DNA from: Azolla caroliniana
Lineage: Eukaryota > Plantae > Polypodiophyta
Assembly (NCBI GenBank): GCA_043228905.1
Contig: JBHGNT010000003.1
Span: forward strand, 6,882,001-6,946,000
Length of the DNA: 64,000 bases
Direction: 5' to 3'
Positions 1 through 10,724 of the stretch are shown piece after piece. Made by a program: the position numbers and the translations under genes. The first letter of the stretch is position 1. Every line of letters starts with the position of its first letter. The notes under the pieces were generated by a model. The model did no database searches, was not told the DNA's origin, and saw nothing but the letters and a program-made list of their open reading frames with translations.

Positions 1-639
1 CAATGTAGCAGAAAATAGGAAATACAGAGAAAGACGCGATACACAGGGATTAACGTGGAAAACCCTATACGGGAAAAACCACGGGAGTGCGAGACTCCGA
101 ACCAAACTATGCACAGAGAAATATACAATGGCGAGCTGCAAGGCAACGACCTTGAGCTCGCTGTCCTCGCCACAGGCGGCGGAAGTACACAGAGGCGTCT
201 ACCTCTTCGTCTCTCTCGCGCTCTCTCTCTCTCTCTCTCTCTCGGCTGTTCTCACTTCGCATGGGAAAAATGAGCAACAACATACTATACTGTTTGCCCT
301 AAGTCATATTTATACACATATGACTTTCGGGCTATTTACAAATATAACCTCAAGGGCTCTTGGCAAACATATTCACAAATATGTCCCCGCATCCGGATCT
401 CTCTCTCCGGGTACATTCGTCATCCGGCTCCGTAGCCGGGGTCTTCAGCATCCGGCTCCGTAGCCGGGGTCTTCAGCATCCGGCTCCGTAACCGGGGTCT
501 TCATCATCCGGCTCCGTAACCTGGTACTCTTCATCCGGCTTCATGCCGGGTACTCTTCATCCTACGGTTCCGTAACAGCCTCCGGGCTTGCCGTCATTCA
601 TCTCCGGACATCCCATCCGGAGGGACCGAAATCCCAACA
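1..639 (-). mobile_element. Copia LTR (5' or solo LTR, cut by window edge) of the young Tnt1/Tto1-like family, inserted in the chromodomain of the Gypsy element
   Basis: Reverse complement starts TGTTGGGATTTCGGTCCCTCCGGATGGG, identical to the LTR start at 24095/28935. It has 28-bp U3 tandem repeats and a (CT)n tract. ORF 557..934 switches from chromodomain (…GYSPSECTWE) to LTR-derived sequence at 639/640. Confidence 0.92.
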
Positions 640-1852
640 GTTCCCAAGTACATTCGCTCGGACTATAACCGAGCCAATCGACCAAATAATAAAGTTTGTT
701 TCGAAAAAGTTTGGAATCGAGGATGGCTGCAACTTCATGCTCCGGGCCAACGTCCAACTCCAGCGGGGGCGGTGGTGGTGTCACATGATCGGGAATGATG
801 TTTGCTTTATAAGGTTCAAGAAGAGAACAATGGAAAACCGGATGTATCTGAAGCTGCGGAGGGAGATCAAGGCGGAATGTGACATCATTAATCTTACCCG
901 TAATACGGAAAGGACCGAGTCGTTGATAATCCAACTTGTCGCACGGTCGAGTAGTCTTGATGTGACGACGTAAGAGCCATACTCGATCTCCGATGGCAAA
1001 AGAGGAGGGAATCCGATGACAATCCGCATAAGTCTTCTGTGTGTGTTAAGCATGACAAAGGTGAGTAGAGAGATCCATCTGGATCTTGCGTAGCCTCTCC
1101 AAATGATCCTCGGCACGAGGGTTGGTAGGTAGCTCCGGGGTGTCTATCACCGACCAACGAGGATGGAAACCGGTATAAGTGAAAAATGGGGAGACCCGAG
1201 TCGAGGAGTGATTAGCATTATTATACGCAAACTCCGCAAAGTGGAGAATCTCGGCCCAATCGTCCTATTGATAACTCAGGAAACACTGGAGATATTGCTC
1301 CAGCGCTTGGTTTGTTCGTTCCGCCTGCCCGTCGGTCTGAGGATGGTAGCCGGAGGAGAGGTTGCAGGAGACCTTGAGCATCTTGAAGAGATGCTGCCAA
1401 AATTTGGAGACAAATTGCGGTCCTCGGTCACTGATGATACTGTCTGGGAGGCCATGATGCCGAAATACCTCACGCATGACAAGGTCGGCGGTTTCCTCGC
1501 TAGTGATGGTTTTAGTACACGGCACAAAATGTGCCATCTTCGTATATCGATCGACGACGGTTAGGATAGCATCGAACCCCTTCGAGACCGGCAGATCTGT
1601 GATAAAATCAAGAAAAATAGACTGCCACGGCTTACTTGGAATTGGTAAGGGTTCCAACAAGCCATATGGATGGTGTCGTGGCATCTTTGCTCGGCAACAA
1701 GCATCACAGGTCTGAACGTAGTCGTCGACAAAACGACGCATGTGGGGCCACCAAAAAGATCGCTGCACTAGCTCGAACGTCTTAGTACTACCGAAATGTC
1801 CCGCCGTATGGGTGTCGTGACAATGCTGGACGATTTGAAGGCGATAGGACAA
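640..1852 (-). pseudogene. Gypsy integrase + SH3-like region + chromodomain (in-frame stop at 1265, frameshifts, chromodomain cut by Copia LTR)
   Basis: ORF 1265..1852: HDTHTAGHFG…CDAC, LDFITDLP, SDRGPQFVS, HPQTDGQAERTN. ORF 557..934: GPFRI…IHPVFHCSLL…EHEVAAILDSK…YLVDWLGY. Confidence 0.9.
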
Positions 1853-4051
1853 TTGGGGACATATACGCGCTTTTTAAAGAATAACAAACCATCATGATAT
1901 TCGAATTGTCGGTAGTCAATACCTGGTTGTTGAGACTGAGAACAGGATGCCCGAGAAGTATCAATGTGCGCTAGGATGTCTTGAGCAAAACTATCTGTCT
2001 TCAAGGTTGCACGTATGTCATCGGTAATCCGTGAATCCATCAGGGTGTGAAAAATCCGCGTCATGTGCAATCGTGTTGGTCCCAAGATTACTTGCTTTTG
2101 ATTAACAAATGTTGCATCACGAGGACGAGGTGCAAGATATGAACGCCGTGATAGTGCATCTGCTTTTCCTTGCTGCTTCCCCGGTCGATATGTGATTTTG
2201 AAGTCGAAACGCGTGAGGAATTGCGCCCACCGAGCTTGCCGTCGATTTAGTACTGGAGTGTTCTGGAAATTAGCAAGATTTTTATGATCGCTAAAGACAA
2301 TGACCTGATGTGGAGAGCCCTCTAAGAAATGCCGCCATTGCACAAATGAATCCACGATGGCTAATAACTCCTTGTCATGTATTTCGTAGTTGATTTCCGC
2401 GACATCGAATTTGCGTGAATGGAAAGCCACAGGATGCAACTCTTCTTTATCTCCTTGTTGAGAAAGGATGCTACCGAGGGCGAAATCTGATGCGTCGGCC
2501 TCCATGATGAATGGTTTGCTTGTATCCACATGAGCTAGAATCGGTGCTGATGTAAAGGCTTTCTTAAGATGCCGAAAAGCCATATCTGCTTCGATGGACC
2601 AAAGAAATTCTTGGCCCTTCTTCGTAAGTTGTGTGAGAGGTAAAATAATCTTTGAGTAATCCTGTATAAACTTACGGTAGATGTTAGCAAAACCTAGAAA
2701 ACATTGTACATCTCGTACCGACCATGGAATTTGCCACTCTAGTACAGTTTGGATTTTAGCTGGATCCATGGCGATGCCCTTTGAGGAGATGACGTAGCCT
2801 AGAAATTCCACTTGCTTGCAGTCAAAGCTACATTTTTCTAGCTTGGCATAAAGACCATTCTCGCGGAGTCGCTTTAGTACTAATAGTACATGAGAATCGT
2901 GCTCTTCCTGGGTCTTCGAATAAATCAATAGATCATCCAGATAGATGATCAAACAAATATCCAAGAGGTCTCTGAATATATCATTTGCCATGTGTTGGAA
3001 GACTGCGGGTGCATTGGTTTGGCCGAACGGCATAACAGTATACTCGAAATGCCCATACCGCGTGCGAAAGGTGGTCTTCCATTCATCTCCCGGTCGGATC
3101 CGCACGAGGTTATACGCTCCTCGTAGGTCGATTTTAGTAAAAAACTTGGCACCATTAACTCGCTCTAAAAGACTTGATATAAGAGGAAGTGCATACCTAT
3201 TCCGGATGGTGACTTTATTCAATCCGCGGTAATCAACGACGAGACGAAGTGAGCCATCTTTCTTTTTGACAAAGAAGATGGGTGCACCGGCCGGAGATTT
3301 CGAATGACGGATGAACCCGCTTGCCAAGTTCTCCTCTATGTAGGCTCGAAGGACTTCTAACTCGGTGGGTGACAAGTTGTAAATTGGTCCCCATGGTGGT
3401 TCGGTTCCTGGTTGTAAATCGATGGGACAGTCATAGGGACGGTGATGAGGAAGGGTACCGGCTTTTACCTTGTCAAATACATCGACATAAGGATGATATT
3501 TTACCGGAAGTTGTATTGAGGAGTCCTTAATAGTGCTGGAAGGATGTACTGATATTGCAAATAGGAACATTGCCTCCTTGGGTCCTTCTTCGCGTAGTTG
3601 ATGGAGTGAAATGGTCGAAACTCGGTGAGTAGATTCTTGGGGTGCTCGATATTGGACTTCTCTTGTTCTCCAATCTATGGCTAGATTATGTAATTCAAAC
3701 CAAGGTAATCCTAGGACAATGGGATGCTCTGGACTACTAATTATATTAAATGATATTACACACACAAAACTACCTAGGACAACTTGAATGGGTTCTGATT
3801 CTTCTACAATATTCCTGGAAGCAATGGGACGACCATCAATGACTACTACAGATGTGGGACAAGGAAGTTTCTTAAGGATATCTGAGAAGCTTGGGCAAAA
3901 TTTCGATCCATGAAACAGGAATTAGCTCCGGAATCTAAAAGTGCTAGGACCGGTACTGGGGGAGTACTTTTAGTACTAACAATGAGTTGGGCTAGGAACA
4001 CATTGCTAACTTGCTTGGAAGGAATGGAACCACTAATGGGCTGTACAGATC
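1768..4051 (-). pseudogene. Gypsy protease / reverse transcriptase / RNase H (frameshifted near 3880 and 1850)
   Basis: ORF 1768..3765: SPAGAPIFFVKKKDGSLRLVVDYRGLN, KIDLRGAYN, YLDDLLIYS, EADASDFALG, NYEIHDKELLAIV. Protease VLALLDSGANSCF is read on the minus strand at ~3910-3960. Confidence 0.92.
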
Positions 4052-7000
4052 TGTTGGGAATCGACGCTTCGATTCACCTTCACCACTCGGCCACAACCAA
4101 GTAATTGCGAATCAATGCAGCAGAAAATAGGAACCAAAGAGAGAAACACACGAGTACACAGGGATTTACGTGGAAAACCCTAGATGGGAAAAACCACGGG
4201 AGTACAAGACTCCAAGCCAACACTATACAACGAGAAGTATACAATGACGAGCTGCAAGGCGACGACCTTGAGCTCGCTGTCCTCGCCACAGGCGGCGGAA
4301 ATACACAGAGGCGTCGTCCACTTCCTCTCTCGCGCTCTCTCTCTCTCTCTCTCTCTCACGGCTGCTCCCTCTTCACTCCTCTTGAGTGGAAAAACAGAAA
4401 AATGATCAACAACACTAAAACAGTTTGCCCTAAGTCATATTTATATATATATGACTTTGGGGCTATTTACAACTATAGCCTCAGGGGCCCATAGCAGACA
4501 TATTCACGGATATGTCCCTGCATTCGGATCGCTCTCCGGGTACATTCGTCATCCGGCTCCGAAGTCGGGGTCTTCATCATCCGGTTCCGAAACCGAAACC
4601 GGGCTTGTCGGCATTCATCTCCGACATCCGACCATCCCATCCGAAGGGACCGTAATTCCAACAAACTCCCCCTTCACTTCGGCATGGGATGTCTTTCCAA
4701 TCCGATCCTCTTTCGGCATGCTTCCAGCTTGTCGGGTGTGAGCACCTTGGTCAGCATATCCGACCCGTTCTCGTCCGTGTGGATCTTTGTCAGCACGAAC
4801 TCCTTGTCTTCTATCCTTTCCCGGATCCAGTGATATCTTCGCTGGATGTGCTTCGTCCGGGAGTGATAGGCCGCGTTCTTCGCAAGGTGGATTGCACTCT
4901 GACTGTCGCAGTAGAGTCGGTACTCCTCCTGCCGGATACCGAGCTCTCTAATGAAGTCCTTCATCCATATTATTTCCTTGCCGGCTTCAACAGCTGCCAT
5001 GTACTCCGCCTCCGTGGTTGACAACGCAACCGTCTTCTGCAGCCTCGACTGCCACGAAACAGCTCCCCCTGCATACGTCATCACATACCCTGATGTGGAC
5101 CGGCTGGTATCTGCATCAGCCGACATATCCGAATCGGTGAAGCCGTCGAGTTCGGGCTTACCGGAGCCGAATCGGAGGCACACGTTTGCTGTGCCCTTCA
5201 GGTATCGGAGTATCCACTTGGCTGCGTTCCAATGCTCTTTGCCGGGATTGCTCATGTACCGGCTCACCACTCCGACTGCATATCCTATGTCCGGTCTCGT
5301 ACACACCATGGCGTACATCAAGCTCCCGACGGCTGAGGCATACAGCACTTTCATCATATCCTCCTTTTCAGCCTTTGTCTTGGGACTTTGCTTGCTGGAC
5401 AGCTTGCAGTCTGCCGGGAGGGTCGATCCGACCGGTCTTGCTTCCGACATGTTGAACCGGTGAAGCACCTTCGTCACGTACTTCTCCTGTGACAGCCACA
5501 ACTGCTTCTTCTTCCGGTCCCGGATGATGTGCATCCCTAGTATTTGCCTCGCCGGACCCAGGTCCTTCATTGAGAAGGTTCGGTGAAGAGCCTTCTTCAG
5601 CATCCGTATCTTGACCTGGTCCCGTCCGACGATCAACATGTCGTCCACGTACAGGAGGAGTATTAGAAAGTCTCCTCCTTCGAACTTCTTCACAAACACG
5701 CAGTGGTCGGACTGCGTTTTGAGGTACCCTTCGTCGGTCATGAAGGAGTCGAACTTCCGGTACCATTGCCGGGGAGCCTGCTTCAGTCCGTAAAGGCTCT
5801 TCTTCAATCGGCATACCAGGTGCTCCTTCCCTTTCTTCTCGAATCCTTCCGGTTGCTGCATGTAGATCTCTTCATCGAGGTCACCGTGAAGGAATGCCGT
5901 CTTCACGTCCATCTGTTCTACCTCGAGGTCCATGCTTGCCGCTATGCTCAGCACCGTCCGGATGGAGGTCATCTTCACTACCGGGGCAAATATCTCGTCG
6001 AAGTCGACGCCCTTCTTCTGCTGAAACCCCTTCACCACGATCCTGGCTTTGTATCTCGGGGGGTTTCCGGCATCTCCCGGTTTCAGCTTGAACACCCACT
6101 TGTTTCGAAGTGCCCGCTTTCCTTTCGGCAACTCCACAAGTTCATATGTGTGGTTCTCATGCAGGGAATCCATCTCGTCCTGCATGGCACTCAACCACCT
6201 GCGGCTCTGGGTGTCATGTTTTGCTTCTTCAAAGCTCTCCGGCTCCCCCTCGTTGGTTAGCAGCACGTGCTCTGGTTCCGGAAATCTCCGGGGGGCCCTT
6301 CTCTCTCTTAGAGGATATCTCCGTTCCGGAGCTTCGGTAACCGGTTCTTCCGATTCTTCTTCATCCGAATCCATTTCGGGATCGGGGCCGGTTCCGGTAT
6401 CATTTTCATCTTCTTCAGCCGGTTCTGTTTCTTCACCGTCTTTGGCCGGATCCTCGAGTGCTAACCGGTCCCTTGCCGGTCGGGACTGCTCCTCGTAGAG
6501 TTGATCCTCACCAGTCGACTTGGAGCTCTTCATCTTCTTCTCCGACTCCCAGTCGGCGAGTGTCTTGTCCTCCATGAAGATGATGTCTCGACTCCTGAAT
6601 ATCTTCTTGTCGACCGGGTCCCATACTCGGTAGCCGAACTCGTCGTCGCCGTAACCGAGGAATATGCATGGCCGGGTCTTTGGATCTAGCTTTCCTCTCC
6701 GGTCCTTTGCCACATGCACGTATGTGAGACACCCGAACACCTTCAGATGCCGGTAGGACACTTCCTTACCGGTCCACACTTTCTGCGGCGTGTCTCCGTC
6801 CAAAGGTACTGAGGGTGATCTGTTTATCACGTATGTCGCCGTCGACATTGCCTCAGCCCAAAACCCCTTGGGTAATTTCGCATGCGCCAGCATACTCCGG
6901 ACCCTCTCCATTATGGTCCGGTTCATCCTCTCGGCCAGCCCGTTTAGTTCCGGCGTCTTCGGCACAGTAAACTCGAGCCGGATTCCCTTCGAGCGACAGT

Positions 7001-9389
7001 ACTCCTGGAACTGCCCCCTGTATTCCCCTCCGTTATCCGCTCGTATCGCTTTCAGCTTCTTGCCGGATTCCCTTTCCACTCTCGCGTGGAGTTCTTTGAA
7101 GACGCACAACACTTGGTCCTTTGTCTTCAGCGGTGCCGTCCACAGCTTCCGGCTGTGATCATCAATGAATGTTACGAAGTACTGGGCTCCGCCATGTGAC
7201 TTCGTTTCTACCTGACACACATCAGTGTGCACCAACTCCAATGGTGCGCTACGTCTCGTCGGTGGCCTTGAGTGGAAAGAGGTTCGGTTCTGCTTACCGG
7301 CCAGGCAATCGGTGCACTTCTCCAGGTGCACATGCTTCACTGGAATAAGGTTGTCTTCTGCAAGCCTCTTCATCCCCTTCTCACTCATGTGACACAGTCT
7401 TTTGTGCCACAACTCACCGGCAGTGTCGGCTGCCACATTCAGCTCTTCAGGACATAACCGGGCATTCATCAGGTACAGTGTGTTGTCTTTCCGGGCCCGA
7501 GCCACTATCAGGCTCCTCTTGCTGAACTTCATTACGCCGTTCCGGATGCTACCTGTGTAGCCTTCATCGTCTAGCCTCCCGGCCGAAATCAGGTTCAATC
7601 GAACCTCCGGAACATGTCGGACATCCTTCAGCAGCATTTTGCATCCGGTCGGGGTTGTCAACCACACGTCTCCTATGCCGGCAATCCGGCACGTACCTTC
7701 ATTTCCCATCCGAACACAGCCATGCTCACCGGCTGTGTAGGATGAGAAGTATCTTCTCTCCGGGGTCAGGTGGAACGATGCTCCGGAATCGACCACCCAG
7801 GTCGTCTCATCGCCGGCAATGTTTAGTTCACCTTCTTCGGTGATGAGCATGATTTCTTCCTCACTTGCCGCGAGTGCCGTTGTTCCTTTCCGGTCCTGCC
7901 CTCGCCGATCCGAACCTCTCCGGTCCGTGGCTCCCCGGTATGCACCGTTTCTCTCCGGTGACTTCTTCGAATCGGTGTCGTCGGCTCCGTTGTCTTTTCG
8001 GTAATGCCGACAACTCTTTCGGAAGTGCCCCGGCTTCCCACAGTGGAAGCATGTGGGCCTTCCTCTTGACTGCGACCGGGTCCCCGACTTCTCCCGTCTT
8101 TGCGGACTCCGGTTCCATTGTCTTCCCCGATCCGATTCGGTAAGCAGCGCCTTCGAGTCGGAGACCGGTTCTTTATCTTTCCGACGCGCTTCTTCGTTCA
8201 AAATAATTGTCTTTACCGTTTGTAAGGACAAGTTATCTTCGGTGCAGGAGGTGCTGAGAGTCACCACCAAGTTCTCCCAGCTTTCCGGCAATGTACACAT
8301 CAGGATGATGGCTTGCATTGCATCCTCCAACGGGAACTTGATCGCCGCAAGCTGATTCATGAATCCCATGAACGTGCTTACGTGTTCCACCATACTCTCG
8401 CCGTCCCGGTACTTGAGGTTCACTATCTTCCTCATCAGGGAGGTCCGGTTCAACGCATTCTTCCTCTCGTAGAGGCCCAACAGCTTCTTCCACATCTCAT
8501 ATGCGTTGGTGTCGTTCGCCACATGTTGTAGGACGCTTACATCGACATATTGTCGGATCGTCGCTACGGCTTTCCGGTTCAGGAGCTTCCACTCCGACTC
8601 AAGTACCCCCTTCGGTATTTCCGACCTGTCAATCGGTTCGTACAGGTCCCGAACAATCAGAAGATCCTCCATCTTGATCTTCCAGTCGGCGTAGTTCTGC
8701 GCAGTCAGCACCATCATCCCCGGCTGCCCGCTGCCGCCGCCTTCCATTTTCTGCAGCAACTTGCTCTGATACCAGTTTGTTGGGAATCGACGCTTCGATT
8801 CACCTTCACCACTCGGCCACAACCAAGTAATTGCGAATCAATGCAGCAGAAAATAGGAACCAAAGAGAGAAACACACGAGTACACAGGGATTTACGTGGA
8901 AAACCCTAGATGGGAAAAACCACGGGAGTACAAGACTCCAAGCCAACACTATACAACGAGAAGTATACAATGACGAGCTGCAAGGCGACGACCTTGAGCT
9001 CGCTGTCCTCGCCACAGGCGGCGGAAATACACAGAGGCGTCGTCCACTTCCTCTCTCGCGCTCTATCTCTCTCTCTCTCTCTCACGGCTGCTCCCTCTTC
9101 ACTCCTCTTGAGTGGAAAAACAGAAAAATGATCAACAACACTAAAACAGTTTGCCCTAAGTCATATTTATATATATATGACTTTGGGGCTATTTACAACT
9201 ATAGCCTCAGGGGCCCATAGCAGACATATTCACGGATATGTCCCTGCATTCGGATCGCTCTCCGGGTACATTCGTCATCCGGCTCCGAAGTCGGGGTCTT
9301 CATCATCCGGTTCCGAAACCGAAACCGGGCTTGTCGGCATTCATCTCCGACATCCGACCATCCCATCCGAAGGGACCGTAATTCCAACA
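4052..9389 (-). mobile_element. Intact, very young Ty1/Copia LTR retrotransposon (Tnt1/Tto1-like)
   Basis: 612-bp LTRs 4052-4663 and 8778-9389 (TG..CA; one difference seen in the CT tract). 5-bp TSD AGATC (4047-4051, 9390-9394). tRNA-iMet PBS TGGTATCAGAGC (8763-8774), PPT TGAAGGGGGAGTT (4664-4676), single uninterrupted gag-pol ORF. Confidence 0.98.
4674..8747 (-). CDS. Copia Gag-Pol polyprotein (Gag, CCHC knuckle, PR, GAG-pre-integrase, IN, RT, RNase H)
   Basis: First ATG after PBS at 8747 (MEGGGSGQPG). Motifs CFHCGKPGHFRKSC, WVVDSGAS, LWHKRLCH, RADNGGEY, LKKSLYGLKQAPRQW, LYVDDML, STTEAEY, RTKHI. Confidence 0.97.
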   Translation of the reverse strand: MEGGGSGQPGMMVLTAQNYADWKIKMEDLLIVRDLYEPIDRSEIPKGVLESEWKLLNRKAVATIRQYVDVSVLQHVANDTNAYEMWKKLLGLYERKNALNRTSLMRKIVNLKYRDGESMVEHVSTFMGFMNQLAAIKFPLEDAMQAIILMCTLPESWENLVVTLSTSCTEDNLSLQTVKTIILNEEARRKDKEPVSDSKALLTESDRGRQWNRSPQRREKSGTRSQSRGRPTCFHCGKPGHFRKSCRHYRKDNGADDTDSKKSPERNGAYRGATDRRGSDRRGQDRKGTTALAASEEEIMLITEEGELNIAGDETTWVVDSGASFHLTPERRYFSSYTAGEHGCVRMGNEGTCRIAGIGDVWLTTPTGCKMLLKDVRHVPEVRLNLISAGRLDDEGYTGSIRNGVMKFSKRSLIVARARKDNTLYLMNARLCPEELNVAADTAGELWHKRLCHMSEKGMKRLAEDNLIPVKHVHLEKCTDCLAGKQNRTSFHSRPPTRRSAPLELVHTDVCQVETKSHGGAQYFVTFIDDHSRKLWTAPLKTKDQVLCVFKELHARVERESGKKLKAIRADNGGEYRGQFQEYCRSKGIRLEFTVPKTPELNGLAERMNRTIMERVRSMLAHAKLPKGFWAEAMSTATYVINRSPSVPLDGDTPQKVWTGKEVSYRHLKVFGCLTYVHVAKDRRGKLDPKTRPCIFLGYGDDEFGYRVWDPVDKKIFRSRDIIFMEDKTLADWESEKKMKSSKSTGEDQLYEEQSRPARDRLALEDPAKDGEETEPAEEDENDTGTGPDPEMDSDEEESEEPVTEAPERRYPLRERRAPRRFPEPEHVLLTNEGEPESFEEAKHDTQSRRWLSAMQDEMDSLHENHTYELVELPKGKRALRNKWVFKLKPGDAGNPPRYKARIVVKGFQQKKGVDFDEIFAPVVKMTSIRTVLSIAASMDLEVEQMDVKTAFLHGDLDEEIYMQQPEGFEKKGKEHLVCRLKKSLYGLKQAPRQWYRKFDSFMTDEGYLKTQSDHCVFVKKFEGGDFLILLLYVDDMLIVGRDQVKIRMLKKALHRTFSMKDLGPARQILGMHIIRDRKKKQLWLSQEKYVTKVLHRFNMSEARPVGSTLPADCKLSSKQSPKTKAEKEDMMKVLYASAVGSLMYAMVCTRPDIGYAVGVVSRYMSNPGKEHWNAAKWILRYLKGTANVCLRFGSGKPELDGFTDSDMSADADTSRSTSGYVMTYAGGAVSWQSRLQKTVALSTTEAEYMAAVEAGKEIIWMKDFIRELGIRQEEYRLYCDSQSAIHLAKNAAYHSRTKHIQRRYHWIRERIEDKEFVLTKIHTDENGSDMLTKVLTPDKLEACRKRIGLERHPMPK

Positions 9390-9436
9390 AGATCTAGGAC
9401 TGCTGTCCGACCAAACGACTCCTATTTTCGCTGGAC

Positions 9437-10654
9437 TCAATCGTTTAACTCTTCATCTAATTGACTAAGGATTTCAAATTTATTTGAGATACTTGGGCTA
9501 TTAGTACTATGAATACTATCTGACACTCTATTAGTACTATGAATACTATCTGACACTCTATTAGTACTATGAATACTATCTGACACTCTATTAGTACTAT
9601 TAATACTAGCAGACACTCCGAAGGGAAGAATTGACTCGGGTTTAGTACAGGCGACGATTTGATTTACCTGTCTTCTTGGCCTATGGGGACAATTGATGGC
9701 GATATGCCCTGGTCCACCACAATAAAGACATAATCGATTGGCACGTCGTCGTTGCTTTTCTTCTTCCGATAACGGGCCGCGTCGACGCATGGTGTCGATC
9801 TCCATCGGTGTCGGAATATTGGCTTGAGGTACATCGCGTGCAAACGGTTTAGCCGTGACTGAGGCGTATGTGGGTTCTGGCCGAGAGCGTGGTATTTGTA
9901 ATTGATGTTCCGAACGCCGTTCGAAAAGACAGTTGTCGCATCGGACCGCTCGACTGATTGCCTCCGTAAGAGACTTTGGTTCTTCGGGGAAGGTTAAAAG
10001 CAAGTCTTTGACATCGTTGCGCAAGCCGTAGCGAAACTGCTCCATGAGGGCCTGATCATCCCAGGGGATATCTGAGGCGAGTAGATGGAAATCAACCGCG
10101 TAGGCAAAGGCTGGACGATCGCCTTGACGTAATCTTCGGATCTTGTTGATCGCCGTCCTGATGCTATCGGTATCTCCAAAGCAGGCTTTAAACTCACCAA
10201 TAAAATTTTCAAAGTTATTAAGCAAGGGTGATTGTTTTTCTAGGAGCGGAGCGAACCATGCGAAGGCTGAGCCGCTAAGTAGCGTGCCTATTAGGCCGAC
10301 TCGAGATGCATCAATGGGATATCGGGAAGGATGCATCTGGATGACTAAGCGTACCTGATTAAGGAATCCCCGGAATTGCGATCGCGTTCCATCAAATTTC
10401 ACAGGAAGTCCAATCTTGGGCTCTTTATGAAATCCTTGGGAACTTGATCCTTGTTGTTGCAACGCTGCTTCGAGTTGTTGTACCCGTAACGCTAACTCCC
10501 CATGTTGTTGTTGCGTTTGTTGTTTTTGTAGAGCGATTTGTTGCAGATCCCCTATCAACCGTTGGTTTTCTTGTTCCAGGGCAACAAACTTTTCTTTTAG
10601 GCACTGTAGCTCGGAGAAAACGGATTGGTATTCTTGGGCGCTAATAGTAGCCAT
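9437..10654 (-). CDS. Gypsy chromovirus Gag (capsid + CCHC nucleocapsid)
   Basis: 405-aa ORF with KFDGTRSQFRGFLNQ, LRQG…Y…F, PTPMEID, CLYCGGPGHIAINC; directly downstream of LTR 10725-11143. Confidence 0.93.
   Translation of the reverse strand: MATISAQEYQSVFSELQCLKEKFVALEQENQRLIGDLQQIALQKQQTQQQHGELALRVQQLEAALQQQGSSSQGFHKEPKIGLPVKFDGTRSQFRGFLNQVRLVIQMHPSRYPIDASRVGLIGTLLSGSAFAWFAPLLEKQSPLLNNFENFIGEFKACFGDTDSIRTAINKIRRLRQGDRPAFAYAVDFHLLASDIPWDDQALMEQFRYGLRNDVKDLLLTFPEEPKSLTEAISRAVRCDNCLFERRSEHQLQIPRSRPEPTYASVTAKPFARDVPQANIPTPMEIDTMRRRGPLSEEEKQRRRANRLCLYCGGPGHIAINCPHRPRRQVNQIVACTKPESILPFGVSASINSTNRVSDSIHSTNRVSDSIHSTNRVSDSIHSTNSPSISNKFEILSQLDEELND
9497..9610 (-). repeat. In-frame 30-bp tandem repeat (~3.5 copies, SDSIHSTNRV) at Gag C-terminus
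   Basis: Unit CTATTAGTACTATGAATACTATCTGACACT repeated; visible in the ORF translation. Confidence 0.9.
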
Positions 10655-10724
10655 AGTATAGGGAAAAGGGTAGGAGGATGAGGGAGAGTGACAAGTAGGC
10701 TGGAGGAGAGAAATTGGTTCAAAC

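Noticed and set aside
4674-8822. ORF start at 8822 as listed in the track
   Set aside because: That start lies inside the LTR upstream of the PBS; ATG at 8747 matches the sister copy's ATG at 24851.
4689-8909. Many plus-strand ORFs over the Copia polyprotein (and minus-strand ones over 24830-28986)
   Set aside because: Antisense shadows of a GC-rich coding frame; no motifs.
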